Below are positions 36,524 through 47,317 of a DNA stretch of 64,000 nucleotides, in pieces. The notes under the pieces are model-generated. The model was given only the letters and a program-made list of their open reading frames with translations, did no database searches and was not told the origin of the DNA. The position numbers and the translations under genes are program-made. The DNA lies in IMG/VR virus record IMGVR_UViG_3300037851_000671, positions 1-64,000 of that record, one strand, 5' to 3'. The DNA comes from a virus. Its lineage: Duplodnaviria > Caudoviricetes. Numbering within the stretch: position 1 is the first letter of the stretch; every line of letters begins with the position of its first letter.

Positions 36524-39500
36524 ATGACAACAAATAGGCAAACTGTTATTGTTCCTGATGAAGTTACTTATCCAGACGGGTACGTTGTTACATATGACCT
36601 TGTAAGTCAGTCATTTGTACCTAAAGCCCCAATAACATCGTATGGTCCAACGGGTCCTACAGGGGCCACCGGTCCCATTGGCCTTGGGTATGCAGGGCTC
36701 ACTTCAAATACTAGTTTTGCATCTAGTGATACCGGTACTAAGATTCTAACAACAAATCTATCTTCTATACAAACCTCATTTGGTGTTGGAACAAGAATTA
36801 GGGTTGCTTCAGCGGCAACACCAACAGATTTTGTTGAAGGCATCATTGCGTCTTTTGGCGGTTCGCTGTTGAGTTTCACCATAGATTACAATTCTGGTAG
36901 CGGAACACATACAGATTGGAACATAAGCGTAGCTGGACAAGTTGGATCTACAGGACCAACCGGAGCAACGGGACCAACTGGTGCGACCGGAGCAACAGGA
37001 GCAACGGGATATGGAAACTATGATTTGAACAATCTGTACCCAAATGTAATTCAAGATCCAACTGGGTTTGCTACAAGAACAACATCAAAAGTGACACTGG
37101 ATGTTGGTAATAAAACCCTAATCATAGATCCTGTTGGTGGTTCAACGTTTGATTACTACATAATGGGTATCAAGTATACGGTTGGTACAAAATCGGTAGC
37201 TTGGACAGCTGTCGAAGGATCGCATTTCTTCTACCTAGACTCAAGTAGTAATCTGGTTCATACAACAGATCCAACGGTATGGGCGGCGTGCATTCTTGGA
37301 ACTGCTGGGGCACCTGTTTGGTTTTTGGCCTGGGATAATACCAATAGCAAAATCCTAAGATCCATTGAAGAAAGGCACGGAACACAGTTGCCTGGTTCTA
37401 TCCATTCTTATCTTCACACCTATTTGGGAACACAATGGAAAAGTGGTGGTGCGTTAGCAAACTTCACAATAAGCACTGGAGCTGCTGATTCGCACGCTCA
37501 ATTTTCTGTTGATGACGTTGTGATAGCTGATGAGGATTTGCAGAGAAGCATTACAAATGCTGCATCACAAGTATTGTCAACAGTAGCTCAGTTGCCTGTT
37601 TTTTATCTATCTGGCACAATTGCTAGTCCTGTTTTTAGATTCAAAGAAGCTGATACATTCCCATTCATACAAAGTGGCTCAGCGGGATATACCGGAGCAA
37701 ATGGTAGAATTGCGTATAACGAAAATACAGGTGCCAATTGGGTTTTGACAGAGGTTCCTGTAAACGACAATTACGTACTATCTCATATAATTGCAACACC
37801 AGCACCAGACGGCTACACACCGATTATGGCTGTGCTAGGACAGACGTTTTATACTACGCTGGCCAATGCAACAACGGGGGCAACTACTGAAGCAGGATCT
37901 CTTCAGGGTTTGGTGTCTTTGATGTCAACCGAGTATAAAATACTTGGAACGGTTATCTATCAAACAAATTCTGGATATGGAAACACAGTAAAAGCAAGAG
38001 TGGTTGCTCCGTCTACTGGTGGTAATTATGTTGATTTTAGAGCTTCCAAATTCAACAACTCCACTACACAAGGCGCTGCGGGACCAACCGGAATAGGGTA
38101 TGCTGGATTTTCTTCTGCAACTTCTTTTGCATCAAATACGACAGGGCCAATTTCAATAACTACAAACTTCGCCAATACAGCAACAGCTTTTGCGGTTGGG
38201 GATAGAATAAGGGTGGCATCTCTCGCTACGCCGACAGATTTTGTCGAGGGTATAGTTACAGCGTTTTCTGGAACGTCGTTGACATTTACATCTGATTTGA
38301 CATCAGGTTCTGGAACACATACTGATTGGGTTATTGGAATTGCTGGTCAACAGGGAACCACAGGACCAACAGGACCAACAGGTGCCACTGGGGCAACGGG
38401 AATTGGATACGCAGGTCTAACGTCATCCACATCTTTTGTAGCTTCTTCAGTTACGCCAGTAAGCCCGGCAACTATAACCACAAACCTAGCATCAACAGCG
38501 AGTGCATTTGCTGTAGGGGAGCGAGTACGAGTAGCCTCGGCCGGTACACCAGCAGATTACGCAGAAGGTCCAATTTCATCTTTCAGCGGCACTACCATGG
38601 TAATCACCTGGGATTTTGGTGCAGGATCTGGAAGTGCCCATACTGATTGGACTATTTCAGCAACCGGTGTGAGAGGTTCCACTGGACCTACTGGACCTAC
38701 TGGACCTACTGGACCTACTGGGGCCACAGGCGCTACTGGCCCTTTGGTTCCATTATCAACAATCCTTGGTGTTGGTGATACAACAGATGGAAATGACATT
38801 TACCTAACAGGAACTGACAGGTTATTAACTGATGCCGGTTACCTTGCAAAATCAGGTGGTTCAATACGTTTAAATGGAAAAGACGGGATTCCAGGCCAAG
38901 ATGGTTATTCTGTTTACATTCGTTCTGGAGACTCTATTGATGGGTACGCTGGTATCGCTATTACGTTATCTGCTGCCGTGTCTGGATCTTATGCTGGAGG
39001 GTTAAATCTATACACAGGAAATTTTGGTAGTTATGGTAAAGCGGCCAGTGCAAATATAAACAACGCATCTTCTGGACAGTCAGCGTATTGGTACATAACA
39101 TCCGGAGGTTTTGGTAGTGATACAGATGCAGTATTCCAACTAGGATCATCTTCGGCTTCCAATTCCTATGGTTGGAAACTTGCTGGTGGAACATTTGGAG
39201 GATCTGGCAACGGAACAGGCGCAACGCTTGAAGCAAAAGCTGTAACATCATCATACGGATCAGAGATATACATTAGCACAGGCGGAACAACCGATGGTTA
39301 TCCTGGTACGTCAATGTCGCTATGGAAAGCACAAAATGGTTTGAATGCCGGTGGTTTTAATCTATATACAGGCGATTTTGGAAGTTTTGGAAAAGCGGCA
39401 TCAGCAGTTATAGACGGGGCATCTGCTACACAATCGGCATATTGGTTCTTGTCATCTGGAGGTTTTGGAACACATTCAGGATCCACTTTCCAATTGGGTC

Positions 39501-41878
39501 GTGCAATTTCTGCTTCCACTTTTGGTTGGTCTTTGGTTGGTGGAAATTACACGGGAATAAGCAACACCGGAGCTAGTTTCTCTGGATCGAGTGCGTTATC
39601 AACAAACGGATCAAACATTACACTAACGTCTGGAATATCTCCAGATGGGTATCCGTCAGCTACATTAAATATTTACGGTGGTAGAACAGCAACCAGAGAT
39701 GGTTATGTTGGAATAAATTCCTGGCTTAAGATTGAAAGAAAGGCAGCCCCAACGGGTTTGGTAAACGTACTATATGCAAAATCTGCAACTAATGAACTGC
39801 ATTGGATTGATAACGCAGGAACCGATAATATCATATCTCCACCTGTAAGCATGCCAACCGGAACAGCTGCTCAAGTTCTTCAATACAACAACTCTTCTGT
39901 TCTTACAGCGCAGTCGATGTTGTATGCGTCTTCGACAACGATTACAGCAGCGCCAACACTTGGGTTTATCAGAGGTGCAGGTAGCGATGTTATCATTGGT
40001 GCTAAAATTGGAGCAAACAACTTCAACGCACTGAGCCTTGATGCTGGAACTACATCACTGTGGCTGGGCTCTACTGCGGCAGCTGGTCCTACATATTTGA
40101 AACTAGGATCGCCAAGCAATGTACAATTGCAGGTTGGTAGTACCAATGCAATTCAGATTGATACATCGAACATAACCATGGTGGGAGCTGATGGAAATAC
40201 AGGGGGAAGTATCTCTCTTAGTTCTGGCGCTAGCTCTTCCATGAACACAACCAAAGCATCTATTACAATTGTTCCTGCTAATAGCGGAACCACAGCAAAT
40301 ACAAATGGTCAGGTTGGAGTAACTGGCGCTATTGTACATGCACCAAACGTTTGTCAAAAACCAATGCCAGGAGATGGGTCTACGGCTTTTTGGTGGAAAC
40401 TTGATGAGCTTGGTGCTGCTGGAGCTGTTCCAACTGCATGGGCAAGCTCAGGTACGCAAAACGTCAATTTGATAAAAGTGGGTGGAGCTGTAGCTGTTGC
40501 TCAAGGAATTCATGGTAACTGTTTATCTTTTACAGCGGCAAATGCTGCTGTAGTTTGGAACAACCTAAACCAGGCTATAAGTTCGGCGATTACGTTGTCG
40601 TTCTGGATCAATCCATCAACGTTTATTGCTAACACGTATTTTGTCACCAAAGACTACTGGTCAGAGTTTACCTATAGCAAAGGTGGTTTTTATGTTGGTT
40701 TTTCGAGCAGCGCAACTGATAACTGGACAATTTCTGTAACTGATAATGGTGGTGGAACACACACATATGCATCATCAAATTTCGCTGTTCGTAATTTGCC
40801 AATAGGAACCTGGAGTCATGTTGCTATTAGCGTGGATAGCGTTGCTTTGTCTGTGTATCTTAATGGTAAATTGATATACCGCACAACAACCGGATACACA
40901 TTGGGTTCTAGTGGTGGTTGGCATCTTGGAGGTTTGTTGTGGGGTGATGGAACTGTAATGGCAAGCACCTGCTTCACTGGTTTGATTGATGATGTCAGGG
41001 TTGATAACACTGTCAGATCTTCAAAATACATTGCTGACCTGTACAACTCAGCTTTTGGAACAGCTCAAATATACGACGGAATTTACTCACCAGATGCAAG
41101 CACTTATCTCAGGTGGATTTTTAATGAAACCGGAACACCATGGAAACATTCTGGTTTCTATGGAGGCGCTCTTGATTTGACTGTTGGACAAGGAACTGTA
41201 GACGTTGCGCCTGGATTGTTTGTAAATTCTGTACGTACATCTATTGGGAGTTTGAAAACAGCTGATACATCTGTAAACCCAGGCAATACGTTCACTATAT
41301 CTGCTTGGGTAAATCTGAGTGCATATTCTGTGGTCGATCAACTAGCCAACCTGTATAGTATCATAATATGTAAAAACTATAGACCTGTTACCGATCCTAA
41401 TCCTTGGGCATCGCCATTTGCATCAATATACATAGCACTTACTGGTGCTATGGATGGCAGTTGGGAAATTAGATTGATTACAGGATCTGGTGTAGCGAAC
41501 CTTTTTAGCATTGGTGGTGCAAATGTAATACCGCTGAACACTTGGTGTTTGATATCTCTTACATATGATGGGTCTATTGTAAAGGCTTATCTTAATGGAA
41601 ATCTTGCGGCGAGTATGTCGGCCACCGGCAACGTTGACTATGGTACAAATGGCCCATGGATGGTTGGCGGAAGGCTGACCGGTGGTAACTGGGGTAGTAA
41701 CGCTCAATACTTTGATGGTATGATTGATGATGTAAGGGTTGAGACAACTGTACGTTCAGAGGCTTATCTCAAAGCAATGTACCAGAAGGGTTTTGTTGGA
41801 ATTACGTATGTTGATGTTCAGGGTAGGTTGGTATATCAATCACCAAACGGAAACATAACTGTACTTGGGGCTGGTTGA
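36524..41878 (+). CDS. Large fibre protein: collagen-like G-x-T linkers, triplicated beta modules, two C-terminal LamG/ConA-like domains
   Basis: GPTGATG runs; 3x GYAG..RIRVAS..TPTDFVEG..SGSGTHTDW; 2x GGxNLYTGxFGSxGKAAS; LamG motifs WSHVAISVD..LYLNG / GLIDDVRV and ISLTYDG..AYLNG / GMIDDVRV. Confidence 0.85.
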   Translation: MTTNRQTVIVPDEVTYPDGYVVTYDLVSQSFVPKAPITSYGPTGPTGATGPIGLGYAGLTSNTSFASSDTGTKILTTNLSSIQTSFGVGTRIRVASAATPTDFVEGIIASFGGSLLSFTIDYNSGSGTHTDWNISVAGQVGSTGPTGATGPTGATGATGATGYGNYDLNNLYPNVIQDPTGFATRTTSKVTLDVGNKTLIIDPVGGSTFDYYIMGIKYTVGTKSVAWTAVEGSHFFYLDSSSNLVHTTDPTVWAACILGTAGAPVWFLAWDNTNSKILRSIEERHGTQLPGSIHSYLHTYLGTQWKSGGALANFTISTGAADSHAQFSVDDVVIADEDLQRSITNAASQVLSTVAQLPVFYLSGTIASPVFRFKEADTFPFIQSGSAGYTGANGRIAYNENTGANWVLTEVPVNDNYVLSHIIATPAPDGYTPIMAVLGQTFYTTLANATTGATTEAGSLQGLVSLMSTEYKILGTVIYQTNSGYGNTVKARVVAPSTGGNYVDFRASKFNNSTTQGAAGPTGIGYAGFSSATSFASNTTGPISITTNFANTATAFAVGDRIRVASLATPTDFVEGIVTAFSGTSLTFTSDLTSGSGTHTDWVIGIAGQQGTTGPTGPTGATGATGIGYAGLTSSTSFVASSVTPVSPATITTNLASTASAFAVGERVRVASAGTPADYAEGPISSFSGTTMVITWDFGAGSGSAHTDWTISATGVRGSTGPTGPTGPTGPTGATGATGPLVPLSTILGVGDTTDGNDIYLTGTDRLLTDAGYLAKSGGSIRLNGKDGIPGQDGYSVYIRSGDSIDGYAGIAITLSAAVSGSYAGGLNLYTGNFGSYGKAASANINNASSGQSAYWYITSGGFGSDTDAVFQLGSSSASNSYGWKLAGGTFGGSGNGTGATLEAKAVTSSYGSEIYISTGGTTDGYPGTSMSLWKAQNGLNAGGFNLYTGDFGSFGKAASAVIDGASATQSAYWFLSSGGFGTHSGSTFQLGRAISASTFGWSLVGGNYTGISNTGASFSGSSALSTNGSNITLTSGISPDGYPSATLNIYGGRTATRDGYVGINSWLKIERKAAPTGLVNVLYAKSATNELHWIDNAGTDNIISPPVSMPTGTAAQVLQYNNSSVLTAQSMLYASSTTITAAPTLGFIRGAGSDVIIGAKIGANNFNALSLDAGTTSLWLGSTAAAGPTYLKLGSPSNVQLQVGSTNAIQIDTSNITMVGADGNTGGSISLSSGASSSMNTTKASITIVPANSGTTANTNGQVGVTGAIVHAPNVCQKPMPGDGSTAFWWKLDELGAAGAVPTAWASSGTQNVNLIKVGGAVAVAQGIHGNCLSFTAANAAVVWNNLNQAISSAITLSFWINPSTFIANTYFVTKDYWSEFTYSKGGFYVGFSSSATDNWTISVTDNGGGTHTYASSNFAVRNLPIGTWSHVAISVDSVALSVYLNGKLIYRTTTGYTLGSSGGWHLGGLLWGDGTVMASTCFTGLIDDVRVDNTVRSSKYIADLYNSAFGTAQIYDGIYSPDASTYLRWIFNETGTPWKHSGFYGGALDLTVGQGTVDVAPGLFVNSVRTSIGSLKTADTSVNPGNTFTISAWVNLSAYSVVDQLANLYSIIICKNYRPVTDPNPWASPFASIYIALTGAMDGSWEIRLITGSGVANLFSIGGANVIPLNTWCLISLTYDGSIVKAYLNGNLAASMSATGNVDYGTNGPWMVGGRLTGGNWGSNAQYFDGMIDDVRVETTVRSEAYLKAMYQKGFVGITYVDVQGRLVYQSPNGNITVLGAG
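38681..38716 (+). repeat. 9-bp perfect tandem repeat (actggacct x4) in a collagen-like block
   Basis: Read directly from the sequence; encodes (TGP)4. Confidence 0.9.
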
Positions 41879-41885
41879 GGGTAAT

Positions 41886-42578
41886 ATGTCGAAAGGTATA
41901 AATAACGCAAAAATATACAGCGGAGAGTTTAGAACATCTATATACAGGAATGGAAGTGGTTCGGCAATTCCAGATGCTATAACCATACAATCAATCAACA
42001 TGAAACAGTTACCAGTAGCGATTACTGATTTCTGTCATGTGTTTGTAGATTCGATCATCATGTTCAACATCTATCCTGGTGGCAGCACTGGTTCTGACGC
42101 TACCCATCACAACTTTGCAAGCTACTCTGGTGGTATGCAAAAAAGCGTAAAGCTGAACTATGATCCAATACTCCCATACCCTTTCTCAAAGAACAGCTCA
42201 TTTTCGGCATCTCCAACCAAGTTCCTTACCTATAGGCAGGGAAACACAAGACTAGATCCTGATATGTCATTCCAGGTAAGAACAACATCTGGTACTGACC
42301 TTTCGATATGGAGTGCATACTATGCTGTGCCAGACCCTGCATTGACGTTTTCTTCAGCTAACATCAATGGTGAAACACAGTCACGCGTAGACTTTTGTAA
42401 CATATGGGGAGTCGTTGGTATTGGTAATACGGAGATTACAAGGGCCGATCCTAATTCAATCAATGTCAATTGTGCTATGTTTGCAAATGCTGTAAATGGA
42501 AACGTCTCTGCACTGATAAACTATTCGTGTGTTTCTAGGATAGTGGTTGCTCAGCCAGATTTGTACGGGATAATATGA
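41886..42578 (+). CDS. Beta-rich hypothetical virion protein
   Basis: ATG 41886 after GAGG; Ser/Asn-rich. Confidence 0.65.
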   Translation: MSKGINNAKIYSGEFRTSIYRNGSGSAIPDAITIQSINMKQLPVAITDFCHVFVDSIIMFNIYPGGSTGSDATHHNFASYSGGMQKSVKLNYDPILPYPFSKNSSFSASPTKFLTYRQGNTRLDPDMSFQVRTTSGTDLSIWSAYYAVPDPALTFSSANINGETQSRVDFCNIWGVVGIGNTEITRADPNSINVNCAMFANAVNGNVSALINYSCVSRIVVAQPDLYGII

Positions 42579-43378
42579 AAGCAAGAAAGATCGTTGTCAT
42601 TTGCCCTTTCTCCAGACCTGAGTTTCAACAGAATGTTTTTGATAATTTCACACAGCAAACGTTCCACGGAAAAGAACTTGTTATTGTTGAGAATGGTGAG
42701 TCTGTTGGGAAATGGAAGCTACCAGCCACTCAGATTTTGAACTCTAACAAGCACCAAGCATCGGCAAAAAACACAGGCCTGCTCTATGTTGGCGAAAAGT
42801 TTCCAGACGCTTTGTGGACAACTTTCGATGATGATGACTACTACGGACCAGGGTACTTGGAAGAGCTAGCGGAAAATTCAGACAAGGCAGATGTAATTGG
42901 AAAAGCAAACATTTTCATGAAATCAAAAAGCGGAAAGCTTAGGTTCATAGACATCTGTAGAGAAAACGAATACTCAAATTACTTGTGGGGTTGTTCCATA
43001 TCTTCGTGGGTAAAAGATATCAATTTCCCATACACAGGGGTATGGGGAGAGGATAACACTTGGCTTGATATCGCTGAATCAAAGGGTCTGAAAATTTACG
43101 CTACATCTAGGTATAATGCATACATAAATAGGTGCCACGAAAGGAACACCTGGAGAACAACAGATCAAAACATAGTTAACACAAGCAATAAAGTTGTTGA
43201 ATATGAGTTTGATATAGATGTTATTAACAACAAAAAACAAGCTCAAGGCAAAGAACTTCAGAGATCTAATGCGTTTGATTTCTCTCATGTTGAGGAGCAA
43301 TTTAATCTTTCTGATTTTGAGAAGTTCATTGACGGGCACATAGAAGGAGAGTTATGGCAAAGATCACATCACCAGTAA
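42575..43378 (+). CDS. Glycosyltransferase, GT-A fold (family 2-like)
   Basis: IVVICPFSRP, QTF..KELVIVEN, FDDDDYY (DxD), WGED. Confidence 0.88.
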   Translation: MKARKIVVICPFSRPEFQQNVFDNFTQQTFHGKELVIVENGESVGKWKLPATQILNSNKHQASAKNTGLLYVGEKFPDALWTTFDDDDYYGPGYLEELAENSDKADVIGKANIFMKSKSGKLRFIDICRENEYSNYLWGCSISSWVKDINFPYTGVWGEDNTWLDIAESKGLKIYATSRYNAYINRCHERNTWRTTDQNIVNTSNKVVEYEFDIDVINNKKQAQGKELQRSNAFDFSHVEEQFNLSDFEKFIDGHIEGELWQRSHHQ

Positions 43379-43713
43379 CCAACACAGAAATACCAAGTGG
43401 ATACTTTACCGTTACAGGAGAGATAGACGATGCTACAGAGGTAGTTGACGGATATGCGTGGTTGGTGATGGGACGCACTCATTATCATCATGTGATGTGG
43501 CCAAAGGCTAATGTCTCTGGAAATTTCAGTGAGTCAATTTTCGAAGGAGGGGATCCTGGCCCAATTATTTGCAGACTGATGGTAGTAACACCAAGCGTTC
43601 ATGAGAGGTTTATGGATGTTTCTGTAACTGATGCCGGTTTGGAAATACCAGACTTCGTGCAGCTTGACTATGTAAATCTGACAAAAACTGGAGATTTAGC
43701 GCCAAAGCCATGA
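43354..43713 (+). CDS. Small Ig-like domain protein
   Basis: ITSPVTNTEIP..FTVTG pattern; RBS GAAGGAG. Confidence 0.55.
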   Translation: MAKITSPVTNTEIPSGYFTVTGEIDDATEVVDGYAWLVMGRTHYHHVMWPKANVSGNFSESIFEGGDPGPIICRLMVVTPSVHERFMDVSVTDAGLEIPDFVQLDYVNLTKTGDLAPKP

Positions 43714-43768
43714 TTGTTAGCTAGGCATTCTTCAGTATGAATATGACTCTGCATGAACGGTGAACCGC

Positions 43769-44569
43769 ATGAAACTACCAATAGAAGCTAGAATTAAATT
43801 GCTTTGCAAGGTTGTGGGAGATTTCTACAAATACGCCCACACCAACGAGCAAATATTGCCGTCTTCTATTACCTATCGTGTAACAGCGCCTGAAGAAAGC
43901 ACTTTGGTAAAACAAGCCGCCAGACAGGCTGCCTTTGAGTCTCTTAAAAATTCCACATCTAGTTCTGTACGCCAGGACAAGATTACCAAGCTGGCGTTTG
44001 ATACGAGAAGAATTGATCAGGAGCATGATCGCAATCCTCGCCACAACCTACAATATTGGCACAGATCAGATCCGTTCATTGATGACGAAGACCAGAAGAA
44101 GCTTGATATCTTTGCTCGTCTTGGAAAAATCCTTGGGCAACTCAAGGATAAACTCGGAACGGACCCGCAGTGGTTTGAAAGCTATGTTCGTCAGCTACAC
44201 GATAACGTCAATAGGATATTGAGGGTCAAGCAGGCTGACATGGATATTTTCAGGCCTCAGTTGGCTTATCTTGAACAGTTGGTTTATGCTAGATATAGAT
44301 TGACTATGGAGAATCTTGAGAAATTCTCGGATGAGCAGTTGACGGAATCAATCCTGGCCAAGGATGAAAACCTAAACGGCAAGTCAAAGTTTCTCACCAC
44401 GGTATCTAAAGATGAAAAACCTGCGGCGCTGATAAAAGACAGCTTGACCAAAACAACTCAAGATTCTATTGTCAATGCAATTTTCGGCGCTCCAAACTTG
44501 AGAAGGGATGGGGAAAGAACAGTGGAGAGGACAATCACAATTAAAATCGTTGACAGTGTTGTAGACTAA
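43769..44569 (+). CDS. Putative head-associated protein
   Basis: YKYAH, VKQAA and TKLAF sites; ORF track GTG start at 43760. Confidence 0.7.
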   Translation: MKLPIEARIKLLCKVVGDFYKYAHTNEQILPSSITYRVTAPEESTLVKQAARQAAFESLKNSTSSSVRQDKITKLAFDTRRIDQEHDRNPRHNLQYWHRSDPFIDDEDQKKLDIFARLGKILGQLKDKLGTDPQWFESYVRQLHDNVNRILRVKQADMDIFRPQLAYLEQLVYARYRLTMENLEKFSDEQLTESILAKDENLNGKSKFLTTVSKDEKPAALIKDSLTKTTQDSIVNAIFGAPNLRRDGERTVERTITIKIVDSVVD

Positions 44570-44580
44570 AAAGGAGCAAG

Positions 44581-45198
44581 ATGCCACCCGTTGGTTTTGA
44601 GACATGGTTTCCGAAGCAATGTCCCACATCATTCGTGGTGAAAAACATCGCTCCAGGGAACAAAAGAGTTCACGTTTTTCACTATCCTATTGCTAACGGG
44701 ATGGAGCGTGATCTCATGGCCATTCCCTACGTTTCTGAGGCTGATATTCGTCATTCTTTGTTAAAGGGTGAGCTGTATACGAAGCTTCTGTGCCGTGATA
44801 TTAGAGTAACAGAAAGCAACATTGACCTTATTCAATTTGATGCGTGTCACAAAAACTTCCTGCAACAGGCCGGTATAACGATTGGCCTTGATTGTGGTGG
44901 TAGCGGATCTAACGTTAGGTATTTGTTCAGGCAGAATGTACCATTAATTGGACCTTTAAATAACGCCAATAGGGTGTTCATGGTGCCTTACCAAGAGAAG
45001 TTTTTGAACAACAATTTTGATGGTAATGATTTTCGTATAATAGTTGAGCATAACGGAAGGAGGTTGATTGAGAACGTTGATTACACTGTTCTTGAGTCTA
45101 CCCCTGGTTCTGGATATGACTTAATACGAATGGATTCTTTTGTACCAAATACAAGAAGTCATTTGATTGCTGACTACGTAATCGAAAACAGCATCTAA
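44581..45198 (+). CDS. Virion structural protein (N-terminus paralogous to 59435)
   Basis: FVVKNI...SEADIRHSLLKGEL; C-terminal NGRRLIENVDY beta domain. Confidence 0.6.
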   Translation: MPPVGFETWFPKQCPTSFVVKNIAPGNKRVHVFHYPIANGMERDLMAIPYVSEADIRHSLLKGELYTKLLCRDIRVTESNIDLIQFDACHKNFLQQAGITIGLDCGGSGSNVRYLFRQNVPLIGPLNNANRVFMVPYQEKFLNNNFDGNDFRIIVEHNGRRLIENVDYTVLESTPGSGYDLIRMDSFVPNTRSHLIADYVIENSI

Positions 45199-45207
45199 GG
45201 AGACAAT

Positions 45208-46695
45208 ATGGCATCACGTCAAAACGCACTTGATCAAGAACTAGACATTGCTGGTTCACAACTACAATCATCAACAATGGTTTTGGCTGATGAGCCAAAT
45301 CTTTTGGGATCTCCGGTTACTGGACAAACTGGCGCAGCTGGAACAATTACGGCTGCCTCTGGCGGTATCAGTACAATGGATGGTCTTACCGGTATGACCG
45401 CTGATTCTGTTGGCAAATTCCTGACAGTTTCTGGAGCAGCTAATGCAGGAAATAACGGAACGTTTTTGATAGTTGCGTATAACTCTGCAACATCAGTAGA
45501 CATAGCAAACGTTTCTGGTGTATTTCCAGATGCGAATACAGGGGCTTTGGTATGGACTGAACGCAATCCATATTCTTTGCTTGATGACTTGAATTATGAG
45601 CGTACAGACCGCGCTGCTATCAAAGGTGTTGCGTATTCTGCGGCAATTCCTACATACACACGTCCAACCGCTACAGGAACACCAGTACCAGCAAACCTGT
45701 CAAATATAGCTGGTAAAACAACTGATGCTCAGGCCATTGTTGCCAATCGCAAATTTGAAGACCTTACAATTAATCTTGGTGACACTTATATCACACTAAG
45801 TGATACCGGAAACCTGAAACACGCTGATGCAATAGATAGAACAGGCGTACCAATCTGGGACGGTGCTGACGCTGGTAATTGGGAGGCAACATACTGTGAA
45901 ATCGCATCTCAGCAAGAACAGGAGTTGTTGGTTGTTGGAGGTCCATATGACGGATACAGAATCTTTGGACGTTCAAGGGCGGGGGCTTCTACATCTCCAA
46001 ACTCTGTTGAGGTAGAGTTCTTCTGTGTAAGGCGCGGAGATCCTGTCTCTACAGCTGTTGCTTACACATGGGATGGTTACCAGCCAACTTCGGTTGATAT
46101 CTACTACCCATACCGTACACGACTTGACCAGATGTCAGAAACGGCAATGCGCGTTCTTTTGGTCAATGGTTTGGTGAGCGATGCTGTTACAACAGAGCTG
46201 AATAACATCTATTCAACATTGGGCACAAATTCCACATCAACAAGCTTGGCAGGATTGTTGACCAATCTTGGAGCGTATTACCCATTCTATAACCTACCTG
46301 ACGCATCTCCGTCTGTGGTTGAGGCTTTAAACACTTTGAACGAGCAGATTGGAAACCGTGATTACACCGGACCAATACTCACTGACGGATATACCATTAC
46401 ACAGTCTCTGCAGCAACTTGCTAATGCTATTTCTGGAGCAACATCACAGAGGTACATTGAAAGGCTGGCGGCTTCGATTACAGCAAACACTGCACACACC
46501 CTACCAGGTGGTTTGACATATACACCAGATGGAACGAACAATGGTAAAAATATGTGGGTGTTTACGAGAGGTTTGTTGAGAGATCCGGGCCCAGTAAGCA
46601 GTGGAAATGACTACGCTGAAACAAGCTCAACACAGATAACTTTCTATTCCAAGCTTAATGCTGGCGATCACATAAACTACATCGTATACATCTGA
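45208..46695 (+). CDS. Virion structural/fibre-like protein
   Basis: Thr/Gly/Ser-rich; C-terminal VFTRGLLRDPG..NDYAETSSTQITF domain. Confidence 0.6.
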   Translation: MASRQNALDQELDIAGSQLQSSTMVLADEPNLLGSPVTGQTGAAGTITAASGGISTMDGLTGMTADSVGKFLTVSGAANAGNNGTFLIVAYNSATSVDIANVSGVFPDANTGALVWTERNPYSLLDDLNYERTDRAAIKGVAYSAAIPTYTRPTATGTPVPANLSNIAGKTTDAQAIVANRKFEDLTINLGDTYITLSDTGNLKHADAIDRTGVPIWDGADAGNWEATYCEIASQQEQELLVVGGPYDGYRIFGRSRAGASTSPNSVEVEFFCVRRGDPVSTAVAYTWDGYQPTSVDIYYPYRTRLDQMSETAMRVLLVNGLVSDAVTTELNNIYSTLGTNSTSTSLAGLLTNLGAYYPFYNLPDASPSVVEALNTLNEQIGNRDYTGPILTDGYTITQSLQQLANAISGATSQRYIERLAASITANTAHTLPGGLTYTPDGTNNGKNMWVFTRGLLRDPGPVSSGNDYAETSSTQITFYSKLNAGDHINYIVYI

Positions 46696-46708
46696 TATAT
46701 GATAGGTT

Positions 46709-46918
46709 GTGCAGAAAGTTGATCTAACATTCACAGAAATAGAACATCCAAGTTTCTGGTGCGATTCAGGACACAGACCACCAGAAACTTGGGGTAAAGA
46801 TCAGAAACCCACTCGCTTTTTCCGAGCTTCTGGAAAGGCCGGTGGGGTTTTCTGTGAGTGTTGTATGATTGTTGCTAATTACGTATCTGACAGACAAAGG
46901 AAAGAAAATGGCATATAA
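46709..46918 (+). CDS. Small putative zinc-binding protein
   Basis: FWCDSGH...FCECC; GTG start. Confidence 0.55.
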   Translation: MQKVDLTFTEIEHPSFWCDSGHRPPETWGKDQKPTRFFRASGKAGGVFCECCMIVANYVSDRQRKENGI

Positions 46919-47297
46919 TGAAGACTTGATAAATTTGAAGAAAAGAGTTGCAGATCTTATATCAGAAGGGATAATCAACCCAAACAGCAAAGATATATAT
47001 GAGTCAACTTTGATTCAGGTTATGAATGACGCTGAGAGGAATCGTCAAACATGTATGACGAGTGCTGAGAATTTGAAGCGTCAGGCCGCTATTCTTGAAG
47101 GACAGGCTGGTGGTTTCGCCTCTGTTAGCAGTTTGATTATAGCTGTTCTAAATGGATTCGTAGCCATTGCTGAAAAAAATAAGAACGAACTGCGTGAGCG
47201 CGAAGCTGAGCGTAAAGCCAATGAAGAAGAGGTATCTGCGGCGGTGTTAGAAGAGAAAATTCCTGCGAAAAGGAAGAGCAAGCACACTGAGAAATAA
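46908..47297 (+). CDS. Coiled-coil hypothetical protein
   Basis: ATG 46908 after AAAGGAAAG; helical. Confidence 0.7.
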   Translation: MAYNEDLINLKKRVADLISEGIINPNSKDIYESTLIQVMNDAERNRQTCMTSAENLKRQAAILEGQAGGFASVSSLIIAVLNGFVAIAEKNKNELREREAERKANEEEVSAAVLEEKIPAKRKSKHTEK

Positions 47298-47317
47298 GAC
47301 TAAACCAGCATTAGAGT

